From a virus (Duplodnaviria > Caudoviricetes): 64,000 nucleotides of DNA. The notes under the pieces are model-generated. The model was not told where the DNA came from, searched no databases, and worked only from the letters and a program-made list of their open reading frames with translations. Position numbers and translations under genes: made by a program. Location of the stretch: IMG/VR virus record IMGVR_UViG_3300033075_000545, positions 1-64,000 of that record; one strand, given 5' to 3'. Below are positions 19,282 to 29,927 of the stretch, piece by piece (position 1 is the stretch's first letter; each line of letters starts with the position of its first letter).

Positions 19282-22104
19282 ATGTACAACGAGAGGCGCG
19301 CGGTCGCCGCGAACCGTCGGTTGGACATCGAGGCGGCTTCCCGCAGATCCGGAACAGCAGACCCGTACTTGGCCGGGGCGATTGGACGGTCTCGGTTTGA
19401 AGCCAATCGGCCTCGTGGGGAGGTTGGCGTCATTGTGGACGCTCTCCCCGGGCAACAAGCATACCTCGTCTCCGCCAGTTACAACTCCCGACTGTGGTGC
19501 TCCGTAGGAGGCACTGCAGCCGGGTTTGGTAACGTTGGGGCGAAGTCATTAACGACCCTTCCAATTGGGTCGGTTGTACACTTCATTCGACACCCAGACT
19601 TCCCAGACCGCGGTGTGATCCACGTTGTGGAGCCTCACTGGTCCACGCACACAGCCAATCAACCAGCCGACACGATTTGGCCATTCACTCGATCTGGTCA
19701 GTTTGTTGAGGCTGCGCATCAGGAACCTCTGTCGATCTCCACGACTGCTGCGGGGACTGTACCCACGGCCTTGGGTTCGACGGAAGGGTTCGACTTCTCC
19801 GCAGGTCGGCCGGCTGACGCTACGACTGTGGGTGAATGGGGCGTCATTACGGAGACTGGGTGCGGCGTGTTCGTAGACCCATTTCAAGTCTACATGCGGG
19901 TGGATGAGGAGACAGGCGTTTTTGGGTTTGGTCCGGATCAAATGCTCCGTGTGACCGGCCACAACTTCCAGCAATTCACCAGCTTGTGTGACCTGGAACA
20001 CTTGGACGATCAGGGGGAATTAGTAGGGTTCACTCGTGAAAACGTCTATCCCTGGGAGCCGTACGGGTTGTCACGGTTTAACCAGGTGACGCCTGGATGG
20101 TTGGCGTCTACCATTCCGTCCCACGGGTTGGCTGCTGGGCAGGGTCAAAGGTTGACTGACCCATATCAGTCCGGGTCTGGGTCAGGTTACGCCGTCCGCG
20201 AGCCGGAGTACGTTTCGCAGATTTCCGCTTCACGTAAATACACGTGGTCTGGATATCTAGGTCAAGGCGGTACAACTATCGTCTCGGCCCCCATGCAGTT
20301 GGATTGGGCATACCCAGCACTGCCAGGGGAAACTCGAGCCCTACCTGTGGCAGCGGTTGCTTTGAATGGAGCGCCTGCAGGTCGACTCCAAACTGACGGT
20401 GTCTCCGTTGCGGAACTCCAACCATATGCAGTACCGCCCAACACTCGGGCTGCGGGACCTGATCAACCAGGGCTGTTTGAAGAGCATCGCAGCGTTGCAG
20501 GTACGTATTCGGTCCGCGCCGCAAAATCGATGTACTTTACGAAGCGGGCGTCGATCCCGACTCCGCGACCTGTCCGGCGACAAGAAGACCCGGCTGGGGA
20601 TAGTCCTCTCAATTACGCGCCATCTGGACTAGCGAGTGGCGTCCCTGCGCACTTCGTTACTGCGGATGTAGGTCCAGCCGTTGCCGTACCTGCTGGTGGC
20701 AGCGCGATTCTGTTACCGGATCTGATTGCGTACACGTTTAATTGGGAGAATTTGCACCCATTTGCGTACCACACGAACGACTGGGCTGTGGCTCAGGAGG
20801 GTGCAGCAGGCAGTGACTTGGTAAACCAAGAACCCCCGGACTACACAGCATTGTCACTTCAGCAATATCTGGATCGTCCGTCGTACTTGTTTCTCGACGT
20901 AGATCACCGGTATGGGTTTGTGAAGTACTTCCAAGGCGAGTCCGGGTGGGCTCTGTTGGATGATGGGTCTGTATCCATCTGGGATGCTTGGGGGTCCGAA
21001 ATCAGAATGACGGCAGGGAACATCGAGTTTCGTGCCGCTGGCGATATCGCGTTATATCCTGGGCGGAACGCAATTACCTGGGCCGGTCACGACGTGGATA
21101 TCAAGTCCGGCGATACGATCGACATTGCCGCTACCGGCGGAGATCTGTTCATTCGGTCAGAGTATAAATTCCACGCCGTTTCCGGTAACGGCGGATGTGG
21201 AGGGTTTTTGTTCGAGAATAAGGCCACATGCCCGGCGTATCAGTTTGCGGGTAAAGTTGGTGCGGAAGCTGTCAGTTCGGGGTTCAACATTCTGTGTCCA
21301 GACTCGGCGTTTATGGTTGAGGCTCAAGAAATCAACATGACCCTGGCGGACACAGCTCCAGACGGACGCATCTATATCGACGCTGGCGCGAACAAGGGGA
21401 TTTACACCCAAAGTAAGGTGTTCGTTAACAACCTGACAACGGACGGGTCCGTGGTCCACCTGTTTAACAACGGCCCGACCGCCAATGAGTTCTCGGAAGA
21501 CTACACACTGATCGGTACGAATCTGAGCGTCAACGGAACGGGGTTCTTCAGTGACTGCCTGACGTCAGGTGGGTGGATACAGTCCGCCAAACACTTCGTT
21601 AGCACGGATGCCAATAAGTTCTCGCAGAAGGTGGTCAACAGTGCCGTTAATGTGAACACTGTTGACGATGAGATTTTTACGCGGAGTGCGTACCTTACAG
21701 ACACATACCTGGATGCGTTCCAGAATCAAATCGTCCTACCCGAAGGGTTTGAAGACGCTGAGTTCACTCACCGTAACGTCGCGCAGTATCGAACGTCGGA
21801 CTACACGTTTTGGGAGTCTCGGTGGCAGACGCTGGCGATCCAAGATGGTCAGTCGTTGTGGAGCTGGTCTGAAACCCCCGTTATCGGGCTACGGTCTGGC
21901 GCTTCAACTACGTCGTTCCCTGGTGACCGACGTACTGCGGCGGGGAGTTACAAGTTTACGGACCCGACGTTTGTTGACCCTACAACTGGATGGACGGCTA
22001 TTGATCGCACGATCAACGCGGCGGTTTACGAAGCAGGGCAGACGGCAGCGATCTCGTCGTCTAATATTGATTCGTCGATGAAGATTACCACCCCCACAGG
22101 TTGA
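19282..22104 (+). CDS. Baseplate spike/hub protein (VgrG/gp5-like)
   Basis: N-terminal OB-like region; WGSEIRMTAGNIEFRAAGDI beta-helix-like repeats. Confidence 0.55.
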   Translation: MYNERRAVAANRRLDIEAASRRSGTADPYLAGAIGRSRFEANRPRGEVGVIVDALPGQQAYLVSASYNSRLWCSVGGTAAGFGNVGAKSLTTLPIGSVVHFIRHPDFPDRGVIHVVEPHWSTHTANQPADTIWPFTRSGQFVEAAHQEPLSISTTAAGTVPTALGSTEGFDFSAGRPADATTVGEWGVITETGCGVFVDPFQVYMRVDEETGVFGFGPDQMLRVTGHNFQQFTSLCDLEHLDDQGELVGFTRENVYPWEPYGLSRFNQVTPGWLASTIPSHGLAAGQGQRLTDPYQSGSGSGYAVREPEYVSQISASRKYTWSGYLGQGGTTIVSAPMQLDWAYPALPGETRALPVAAVALNGAPAGRLQTDGVSVAELQPYAVPPNTRAAGPDQPGLFEEHRSVAGTYSVRAAKSMYFTKRASIPTPRPVRRQEDPAGDSPLNYAPSGLASGVPAHFVTADVGPAVAVPAGGSAILLPDLIAYTFNWENLHPFAYHTNDWAVAQEGAAGSDLVNQEPPDYTALSLQQYLDRPSYLFLDVDHRYGFVKYFQGESGWALLDDGSVSIWDAWGSEIRMTAGNIEFRAAGDIALYPGRNAITWAGHDVDIKSGDTIDIAATGGDLFIRSEYKFHAVSGNGGCGGFLFENKATCPAYQFAGKVGAEAVSSGFNILCPDSAFMVEAQEINMTLADTAPDGRIYIDAGANKGIYTQSKVFVNNLTTDGSVVHLFNNGPTANEFSEDYTLIGTNLSVNGTGFFSDCLTSGGWIQSAKHFVSTDANKFSQKVVNSAVNVNTVDDEIFTRSAYLTDTYLDAFQNQIVLPEGFEDAEFTHRNVAQYRTSDYTFWESRWQTLAIQDGQSLWSWSETPVIGLRSGASTTSFPGDRRTAAGSYKFTDPTFVDPTTGWTAIDRTINAAVYEAGQTAAISSSNIDSSMKITTPTG

Positions 22105-22117
22105 TGAAAGGGTACCC

Positions 22118-22762
22118 ATGGCCGTTGAGATCCCTATTGATTTGGTTAAGACGGGCGGGAAATTAATTCCTCCTGGAATGAACCTCAAGACCGACACGGA
22201 ACCTCGGCCTCCCAAGATGGAGAAGGAAGTTAAACCAGAAGGTCCCGTCGATCACACACATGATTTGGGCGCTGGGACGTGTAAGCACTGTGGTTGGAAC
22301 AACACGGTTGATCCGGTGGAACCTACCCAAGACGACTGGACTGAGTTCGTGAAGTCCGTGCGGATGGGTAACTTATTCAACAAGCAGATCGATCTCTACG
22401 AAGGGGCTACGAAAGTAACGTTTCGGGTTCTCACTGCAGAGGAAGAAGATACGATCAGTAACACAATCAAACGGGAAGCTGCATCTGGAATCTACAAACA
22501 ATCCATTGAGGTGGTTGAGAGATTTACCGATCTCCGCTTGGCGGTTGCTGTACAAGCGATTCTCACAGGAACGACAAACTACACCGGCCCCGAACCCGAC
22601 ACTACGACGATGTATGAGGAGCAACTTAAGAAAGTTCGAACCGCGTGTAAACTGGAACCGATTTACCGGGCTGTACGATGGCAGTACACTCGGTTCCATG
22701 CGATGATGGGGACCATCCAAGCCCGTTCGGTCGAAAAGTCTTTCTCAGCGGCGACCGCGTGA
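22118..22762 (+). CDS. Putative tail assembly chaperone
   Basis: CKHCGW, VTFRVLT; upstream of the tape measure gene. Confidence 0.45.
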   Translation: MAVEIPIDLVKTGGKLIPPGMNLKTDTEPRPPKMEKEVKPEGPVDHTHDLGAGTCKHCGWNNTVDPVEPTQDDWTEFVKSVRMGNLFNKQIDLYEGATKVTFRVLTAEEEDTISNTIKREAASGIYKQSIEVVERFTDLRLAVAVQAILTGTTNYTGPEPDTTTMYEEQLKKVRTACKLEPIYRAVRWQYTRFHAMMGTIQARSVEKSFSAATA

Positions 22763-23214
22763 TTTGGAACGTGGTCCGGACATTGTTTAGTTCCGGACCG
22801 CTTGTTCGTCACGGAAAGCCCGGTCGCTTTGACAACGTTGGGATTCTTTGGGCCGCACAGGTTTCTGCGGCCCTCGATAAGGCCAGGGCTTTTGAGCTCA
22901 TGGCCGTTGTCGTTGGAACACACGACCCAAAAGCCGCAGCGCGGATGTTGGATCATGCAGAAACAATCCGCAGTACGGGCAAAATCGACGGGTCTGTAGC
23001 CGGCCTTCCCTCTCGTGAGGAATCGATCAAGGAGTGGGAGCGGATGCACGGAGGGTCAATGGACGACCCCGAGGTTCGTGAAAGGATCTATAAAGCCGTT
23101 GCAGACATGCGTAAACTGGACCTCGAAAAGTCCGAAACGGACGCGAGGAACAGAGCCAAAGCGGCCTCGGCAGCGGCCAAGTTGCGCCGCAAGGATCGTC
23201 CCCGCCCGAGGTAA
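22759..23214 (+). CDS. Hypothetical protein (possible second tail chaperone)
   Basis: GTGA overlap with the previous stop; -1 frame relative to the upstream gene. Confidence 0.45.
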   Translation: MIWNVVRTLFSSGPLVRHGKPGRFDNVGILWAAQVSAALDKARAFELMAVVVGTHDPKAAARMLDHAETIRSTGKIDGSVAGLPSREESIKEWERMHGGSMDDPEVRERIYKAVADMRKLDLEKSETDARNRAKAASAAAKLRRKDRPRPR

Positions 23215-23217
23215 GCC

Positions 23218-25512
23218 ATGCCCGGACCATTTGACAGCTATTACAACGACCCGCGATGGTCTTCGCTTTACGGGTACGTTCCGCCGCCCCGCGGTCCCGG
23301 CATGTTCGGGATGGATGGCGGTGGCGGTAGCGGTATGTTCGGCGGGGCGATGCAGTCGCTCATGCCGATGGTGGCGGAGATGTTTCGGGGCCAGTTAGGA
23401 GGGTTCGGGTTCAACTTCGGCTCCGACATGAACATCGCGGCGTCGGAGTACGCCCGCCAATTCGTTCAGCAGCTTAATCAAGCACGCTCCGCCGGCGCCG
23501 TTGCGGACACCTCGCAAGTAAACGACCTGCTCCGTGGTATGGCCGTTATGATCGGTCACGAACCGATCGGCAAGACGGCGTGGGGTCAGGTCATGTTCAA
23601 CCCCGCCACGGAGATGGCGATGGGTCGCATGGCCTCGGACGCTTCGGCCATGCTGCCGATTTTGGCGTCCATGTTTCCGGACACCGTGGATAAGTTTTTC
23701 CCTCGCGGGTCCATGACTGTCGCGTCAACGTCCTTTGTGAACGCTGGACGGTTTATCGTCGATCCTGCAACCGGCGACTCGATCGCCAACGATCCGCAGT
23801 ACGGTGTACGCGTGCTTGGGTCGTTGTTGGATAGGGGTCCTAAAGCCACCGCAGGTCTCGGTGCGGGTCGTTTGGGTCAGTTATTTGAACAGCTTACCGC
23901 GCAGGGGTTTGTTAGTTCAGGTAACGAACTAGGGGCCCTGGTTAAGACAGGTGTACTCACTGGTGACCAAGCGCGGGGAATTCAAGCCGATCGTATTACC
24001 AGTCAGATTGAAAACTACAGTCAGGTTGTTGCAGCAATCAACGACATCTTCGCGGAGTCTGGGCGTCCCAACGCTCCAATGGCGGAATTGATTCGGGGCC
24101 TTCAAACACTCACCCAAGGCGGGATGGGGTCTTACAACGCGTCGGACTTGGCTCGGATTGTCCGGACGACACAAGGGGCTGCACAACTCAGTGGTATGGG
24201 GTTTGAGCAGCTCGTTCAAATGTCTGTAGCGAGTGGCGCAGCTCTCCAGCGGTATGGTGCACATGCGGCTTATGCTGCTCCTGTTGCAACGTATACAGCA
24301 GCGGTGGGTGCGGCGTACGCAAATGCTGGGTTCGGCGGTCCTTCGATGGAAGGGATGGGTCGCGACGCGTTCACCCGCGCCTACGCTGATAGTCTCGCAG
24401 CAGGTATGGGTAGCGAGCAGATGAATCTGTTCGGAGCTCTTGCTCAGCAAGCGAAATATGCAGCACCAGGCTCCGCGTTAGCCGCTGTAGGTGATGCTCT
24501 ACGATCCGGGAAAACCACGGTTAACGTTCCAGGTGTAGGCGAGGTTAACCTTCTCAACGCGAGTACAGAGACACTTCAGAAACTATTCTCCGCGTCGGGA
24601 TTAGACCCTACGGCGTTGCTGACACAGTTGTCGGCACGAAATCAAAACAAGGGTGCGTTCTCTCCAGATACAGCGATGGCGCTCACACGAGCGGCTCAGT
24701 CTTCTGAAGCGATGGCGGCGTTCTCTAGTGCGAATCTCGAACTGTTGGCTGGTGGCGATCCGGCTGAAATGGCTCGGATCGTTAAAGCTCTATCCGACGC
24801 GTCTGGTGAGACGAGCGACGCCGGAATGGCTATGGCTGCAGCGAAAGCGCTTGGTAAGGATTCTGCGTGGGCTTCACGTGTGGGTCCCGAACTGACTCGC
24901 GCAGCAATGGCTAGTCGATTCAGCTCAGGGTTCGAGATGTTTCGCGCGTATACCCGCATGGGTGGGGCTGAAGACTTATACGAAAGCTTCGGGGCTCGTG
25001 GTGCGGATTACGCAGCACTAACTCACCTGGGCCGCGGTGGTATGTTGCGAAACATTACCAATGCCATCAAAGGCGTCGGAATGGGGGATGACCCTGGGTT
25101 GTTGGGTCTCGCCGCAAAGGGTCTTTTGGGTATGGTCGACGCAGAGTCCGTACGAAATGCCCGCTTAGCACCGCTGTACGACGCAATGAAAGGTGCGTTT
25201 CCAGGTGTTATGGGTCTGGAGATGATGAAGTCGTTTGATACGGCAATGTCGATGAACGAGTACAACAATAAAAACAACTCGTTCAGTGCGGTGCTCGATG
25301 CAATCCTTCCCGGTGCGGGCGGTGCTACGAGTGTTGCGCTAGCTGAAGGAAAGGCAGGAAAGGGGGCGAAGGCTAAGGAACCGATGACCCTCGAAGCAAC
25401 GATCGGTAAACTAGAGATTACAGCCGGTGCAGACGGGGCACTTGCAGGTTTCCTGAAGATTGCAGGTACCATGACGGGCGGCGGGACCGCCATTCCTCCG
25501 GCGGGACCCTGA
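23218..25512 (+). CDS. Putative tape measure protein
   Basis: 764 aa Ala/Gly/Met-rich helical protein in the tail module. Confidence 0.6.
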   Translation: MPGPFDSYYNDPRWSSLYGYVPPPRGPGMFGMDGGGGSGMFGGAMQSLMPMVAEMFRGQLGGFGFNFGSDMNIAASEYARQFVQQLNQARSAGAVADTSQVNDLLRGMAVMIGHEPIGKTAWGQVMFNPATEMAMGRMASDASAMLPILASMFPDTVDKFFPRGSMTVASTSFVNAGRFIVDPATGDSIANDPQYGVRVLGSLLDRGPKATAGLGAGRLGQLFEQLTAQGFVSSGNELGALVKTGVLTGDQARGIQADRITSQIENYSQVVAAINDIFAESGRPNAPMAELIRGLQTLTQGGMGSYNASDLARIVRTTQGAAQLSGMGFEQLVQMSVASGAALQRYGAHAAYAAPVATYTAAVGAAYANAGFGGPSMEGMGRDAFTRAYADSLAAGMGSEQMNLFGALAQQAKYAAPGSALAAVGDALRSGKTTVNVPGVGEVNLLNASTETLQKLFSASGLDPTALLTQLSARNQNKGAFSPDTAMALTRAAQSSEAMAAFSSANLELLAGGDPAEMARIVKALSDASGETSDAGMAMAAAKALGKDSAWASRVGPELTRAAMASRFSSGFEMFRAYTRMGGAEDLYESFGARGADYAALTHLGRGGMLRNITNAIKGVGMGDDPGLLGLAAKGLLGMVDAESVRNARLAPLYDAMKGAFPGVMGLEMMKSFDTAMSMNEYNNKNNSFSAVLDAILPGAGGATSVALAEGKAGKGAKAKEPMTLEATIGKLEITAGADGALAGFLKIAGTMTGGGTAIPPAGP

Positions 25513-25513
25513 A

Positions 25514-26038
25514 ATGCTTGTGTTCAGTTCTACACCTGGAGTTGTTGGCGCCATTGTTACGGGACAGACGCTCCCGTTCTCGATTGCTATTGGCGGTACC
25601 AATGGTGTCGCGGGGTTTCCGAGTTATCTACTCGCGAAGGCAGTCCTCACCGGGTTCAAGTACGGAGGGAGGTCGGGGCTAGGATTCACCCACACGTTGC
25701 GGGATCGGATCTATCTGTACGTTTCAGGTGAACGGATGGGTGAGGTGGAAATCTCCGGGGTGGGGTTTGCAGGAGCGTGCGGCGTGTCTCCAAATCAGGG
25801 GGGCAACTGGACGGGATTCGACTCCATTTACGCATACTACGAACGCGTTCGGGCGTCGACTCAGGGACAGTCGTGTCGCTTAATCCTCGGACCACGGACG
25901 ACGATCGCCGGGTTTATGAGTGATGTGAGCTTCTCTCTAGACGATCCTCAAACTGCCGTGGGGTCGTTTACATTCAAGTTCGCAGCCGTACCCCGCGTTA
26001 TTAACTTTGGGGAGACCCGGGTACTCCCCTGGGAATAG
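25514..26038 (+). CDS. Putative baseplate/tube-initiator protein
   Basis: Follows tape measure; IYLYVSGERMGEVEISG tube-like motif. Confidence 0.5.
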   Translation: MLVFSSTPGVVGAIVTGQTLPFSIAIGGTNGVAGFPSYLLAKAVLTGFKYGGRSGLGFTHTLRDRIYLYVSGERMGEVEISGVGFAGACGVSPNQGGNWTGFDSIYAYYERVRASTQGQSCRLILGPRTTIAGFMSDVSFSLDDPQTAVGSFTFKFAAVPRVINFGETRVLPWE

Positions 26039-26040
26039 TG

Positions 26041-26793
26041 ATGGTTAATTGGTTTCGTACTGTACTCCTCAATCAACGGGCCGCCGCTACACCTGGGCCC
26101 GCGGAGGAATACGTACCTCCAGATTACGTACCGATTACACTCCCAGATACCCTCACCGCTGCGCGCACAGCTCTTTTCGGTGTCTCTCCAGACCGCGCCG
26201 GTATTAACGTCACTCTGTCTCGAATCTTGGGATTCCTGTCTGTTACAAAGTATTCTGACGCCCCGTTATACTACGATGCGAGAGTTACGTACGACCCGAC
26301 GACACCGTTGCCTGCGTGGTGGACCCAAATCGGGGCGACCGTTACTACGCTGTCTGGATCAGCTCCGGAGGGTTGGAGTGGGTCTCCGACTTTTTATGTC
26401 ACCGGACGTTCTCGGGGAGAGTGGATCGTCACGACAGACGGCGCAGGAAATTATTCGGTATCCTCGGACACAGACGGTAACGCAACTGGGTCTGTAGGTA
26501 TCGTTACAACAGGCGATGCGATCCCTTTGCCGGGATCCACCCTCCGTCTTGTCGTTCCGACAAATGCGACGGGAACGTGGTCCGTGTCCCTGTTGACGTC
26601 CCCCACGCATTCGTGGGTGGACGCAGCAAATTTTTCGGGCGGAGGTATTTTTAACCCGTCGGCTAGTTCTCGAGAGGCCGCATGGTTTGCGGATTGGTCC
26701 GACGCTGGATTACCAGCACCTCTTCGTGCTGCGGTGCTCGCTTTGGCTGTTGCTGAGCGGTCGTACGAACTGGTCCTGGCCCGGGAGTCCTAA
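26041..26793 (+). CDS. Hypothetical baseplate protein
   Basis: MVNWFRTVLLN start; position in baseplate module. Confidence 0.5.
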   Translation: MVNWFRTVLLNQRAAATPGPAEEYVPPDYVPITLPDTLTAARTALFGVSPDRAGINVTLSRILGFLSVTKYSDAPLYYDARVTYDPTTPLPAWWTQIGATVTTLSGSAPEGWSGSPTFYVTGRSRGEWIVTTDGAGNYSVSSDTDGNATGSVGIVTTGDAIPLPGSTLRLVVPTNATGTWSVSLLTSPTHSWVDAANFSGGGIFNPSASSREAAWFADWSDAGLPAPLRAAVLALAVAERSYELVLARES

Positions 26794-26869
26794 ATTGCCG
26801 CAGCCGTGGTACCGCGCCATTCGTGTCGAGGCGTTCCTGGGTATTTCCCGGGTAGCTCTAGATACAATC

Positions 26870-28948
26870 ATGGCGAATGAAATCCTTACGATCCCCCAAC
26901 GGGCGACGTTTAATTCCTTATTGAACTACTACACCGCTAAGGAACCCCTCACCGTCGCAGCGATTGATGCGGGCTACAACCAGACGAATACGCCCGATGC
27001 TGTGGTTCTTGAGGTTGCTGCGTTCCAAACGGACGCGGGTCTTAATGAAATTCCTCAAGCTACCGTCCGTCTTGGTGTCGGCCGTGACGCGCAGATGGTC
27101 GCAGCGGGTGCTCCGGACCTACTGTCCACGTCTGTTGTCCACCTTATTGAGAAAGTCTTCTCAACGTTTCGGCTCCCAGCCAAGTTGTTTGTGCGGGCCT
27201 TAACTACTGAAGAGGATGGGAATCTAGACGGCTTCGACAACGTTCCGTTCGACAACGAATGGGTCGTAATGTTCGAGGGTACCGTGACAGGCGTCAACCG
27301 ACGGGGTGGGGAAGGCGGGTCCTCGGTTAGTCTCCACCTGACACACTTTCTCAGCGCGTTGTCGGACTCGTCATCTGTTTCTGGACAGGTAACTGCAGGG
27401 CCGTTCAATCCTGCTGCAATGTCCCCGTTGCTCGTCCCGTTCCGCAACGCTAACGCGCTACCACCTGCGTTCACAGCGTTTGGTGGGGCGGCATTGGCCA
27501 TGGCAGGCGGACAGGCACTGGACACGGATTTTTGGGGTTACCAAGTTCCCGGTGGTGTTGGGAACACCCCACCCAATTTGGTGGGCATTAAAGGGTTTTT
27601 CAATCTCCTCGCGTCACAAGACACATTCGCATGGGAGAACCTCGCACGTGCGGACCTAGGGTCTTCTGCGTGCGTCGTGGGCCGACGTCGGAATGATTTA
27701 GCGCTATCAGCCCTTGCTAAGATCGAACCGATGTGGCCCTCGTGGACCTCACAAGAGGCAGCAACCGAGTGGTCCGCAGCCCTCACAACAATTAAGGGGA
27801 TTCGGACCCTTCAGTCGTCCGCTATTACCAGACAAAACATTAAGGCAATTGCCGGCGGGGCATACGACACAATCGGATACCGATATGGTATGCCGATCGC
27901 GTTCTATCTCTCAAATTCGGCTCTCGTGCCCCTCCCGAGTGGGCGGGCGTTTGCGATGGATATTGCTGGGGCGACGTTCGCAGATTTGGCTGGGAACACG
28001 TTTTGGGGACTCTTGTCCGGACAATACTCGTCGCGGTACCAGATTGCGATTGCTCCCATGGCTGACCGAGCAGTTGTGCTTCCTGTGCAGCCGATTCTGG
28101 ATAAGTACTGGCAATCAATTTCGGACAGTGAGATTATTGCGTGGGATGACGATTTCTCGAACCCTATTGCGATCCGGGGAATTATCCTCACCAGTGATCA
28201 CCCCTCAACTGCGGGTGTATACGCGTCGGGTAATGACGCATCTGGAGCTGGGGTGCAGGGTCAATATCAGATGATGTCGGCTGGGTTCGACAGTTGCGAT
28301 GCTGGAGCGTTTGAGGTGCGTACGTTACCACCATGGCTCATTAACCTGTGGCGTCCCGCAGAGGTTTACGCAGCAAAAACTGCTACTGTGCCGTTCCGAG
28401 CTCGTGCGGACGTACCGTGGACGACCGGGCTGAACGCCTTGGCAGCAGTTACTTCAGCGTTTGGAGGACCTTTAGCGTTCGCAAGCACCGGACTAAGTGC
28501 GAGTGCTCCGACGGCGCCGCCGGACTGGGCAATTTCTACGTCTGCACGGTTGGCGAAGGCTATGTACCAACAGGAGCGGACGCGGCACAACACGTTGTAT
28601 GTAACGTCAAGGTTCCGGTACGATATTGGACCAGGATCGCTTGTTAAGGTGGCTCTACCTGGGGATCGATACGTTCGTCAAACACTGTTGGGCGACGTAA
28701 ATACGGTTAACTACGGGATGGTTCTACGGGTGACGATCTCCGTCGATTGCGAGAGTCACGACTACCGGACACACTTGAGCGTAGGGTTCGCTCGCACAGA
28801 AGGACAGGCAGACCGAAACAGTAAATTGTTCGCAGACATCCACCCATTCTGGTCGACGGCATGTCTTGGTGTGCCGTGGGCTGACGCACAGTGGATTCGC
28901 GACACGTTGGGTAATAACTCCACAATCGCCCCGGACGCCAACGTATGA
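26870..28948 (+). CDS. Putative baseplate hub protein (gp27/GpD-like)
   Basis: MFEGTVTG and RFRYDIGPGSLVKV motifs; start re-assigned to ATG 26870. Confidence 0.5.
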   Translation: MANEILTIPQRATFNSLLNYYTAKEPLTVAAIDAGYNQTNTPDAVVLEVAAFQTDAGLNEIPQATVRLGVGRDAQMVAAGAPDLLSTSVVHLIEKVFSTFRLPAKLFVRALTTEEDGNLDGFDNVPFDNEWVVMFEGTVTGVNRRGGEGGSSVSLHLTHFLSALSDSSSVSGQVTAGPFNPAAMSPLLVPFRNANALPPAFTAFGGAALAMAGGQALDTDFWGYQVPGGVGNTPPNLVGIKGFFNLLASQDTFAWENLARADLGSSACVVGRRRNDLALSALAKIEPMWPSWTSQEAATEWSAALTTIKGIRTLQSSAITRQNIKAIAGGAYDTIGYRYGMPIAFYLSNSALVPLPSGRAFAMDIAGATFADLAGNTFWGLLSGQYSSRYQIAIAPMADRAVVLPVQPILDKYWQSISDSEIIAWDDDFSNPIAIRGIILTSDHPSTAGVYASGNDASGAGVQGQYQMMSAGFDSCDAGAFEVRTLPPWLINLWRPAEVYAAKTATVPFRARADVPWTTGLNALAAVTSAFGGPLAFASTGLSASAPTAPPDWAISTSARLAKAMYQQERTRHNTLYVTSRFRYDIGPGSLVKVALPGDRYVRQTLLGDVNTVNYGMVLRVTISVDCESHDYRTHLSVGFARTEGQADRNSKLFADIHPFWSTACLGVPWADAQWIRDTLGNNSTIAPDANV

Positions 28949-29802
28949 CGACAGTTCCAAAACTCCCGGAGCACAGCTCGCCGCCAGAAGGGATCCAAAT
29001 TCAGATCCCTCAGCAGCCTAAAGTTCACACTCCGGCAAAAGGTAGTACGGTGCCGACGCTATGGTCTGCGATCGGTCCGGACAAATCGAAACTTCTTATC
29101 GAACCCGAGTTCCATGCGGAATACGACGATTACGTAAAGTCCCGTACTCCAGAGTCCGCAGACAAGTTACTGAAGAAACTGTCCCCCGTTATTGACGAGT
29201 CGCTTCGATCGTACGGAGGATCCGAAGCGCAAACCGCTACGGCGCGGGCCCAAGCAAAAAAGTTGGCACTGGAAGCCGTACGGAGATATGACCCGGAGCG
29301 AGCTAAACTCAAAACGCACTTACTGTCGCACCTGCGGGGGATCCGCCGTCCAATCGAGCGGTCTTCCGCAGGCGTATATGTGCCAGAACAGTGGCGACTG
29401 GACGCACAACGTGCCCATGGCGTTATGGAGGACCTTCGGGAAGATTTGGGACGAGAACCATCGGAAGCTGAGCTTGCGACCAAATTAAACATTCCACTCG
29501 ACCGTATCCGTCGGGCACTTACCGTCCCGAATACGATGGCGTCGAGTCAGTTTGAGGGGTCCGTTGAGGGCTCAGGCGGGACTTCTCAAAAAGCTTGGGA
29601 TCAGTGGGTTGAAGGTATTTATCACGACTTGCACCCTGTCGACCAGGTAATATTGGAACATTCGTTCGGGTTGCATGGTAAGGAAATAACGCCTGCGAAC
29701 GTGTTGGCCAAATTGGTGAATTTGTCACCTGGTGCCATTAGCCAACGGAAGGCGCGAATTCAGCAAATGTTGGACGAGTTCGAATCTTTCATGGGACGGT
29801 AA
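28945..29802 (+). CDS. Sigma-70 family RNA polymerase sigma factor (FliA/WhiG-like)
   Basis: Region 2 LEAVRRYDPERAKLKTH; region 3 LGREPSEAELA; region 4 DQVILEHSFGL..LAKLVNLSPGAISQ. Confidence 0.8.
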   Translation: MTTVPKLPEHSSPPEGIQIQIPQQPKVHTPAKGSTVPTLWSAIGPDKSKLLIEPEFHAEYDDYVKSRTPESADKLLKKLSPVIDESLRSYGGSEAQTATARAQAKKLALEAVRRYDPERAKLKTHLLSHLRGIRRPIERSSAGVYVPEQWRLDAQRAHGVMEDLREDLGREPSEAELATKLNIPLDRIRRALTVPNTMASSQFEGSVEGSGGTSQKAWDQWVEGIYHDLHPVDQVILEHSFGLHGKEITPANVLAKLVNLSPGAISQRKARIQQMLDEFESFMGR

Positions 29803-29805
29803 GTC

Positions 29806-29919
29806 GTGCCACGTAAGTTGACTGTTTCCTGCTTCAACCCTGACGTTGAGCCGGTATGGTGGCTGGTGGTCATCGGTATTGTGTTGTTCGCGTTGTACCG
29901 CGTTTTGTACCAACAGTGA
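29806..29919 (+). CDS. 37-aa single-pass membrane peptide
   Basis: Read manually: MPRKLTVSCFNPDVEPVWWLVVIGIVLFALYRVLYQQ; fills the gap between genes. Confidence 0.4.
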   Translation: MPRKLTVSCFNPDVEPVWWLVVIGIVLFALYRVLYQQ

Positions 29920-29927
29920 GCTCGTAA

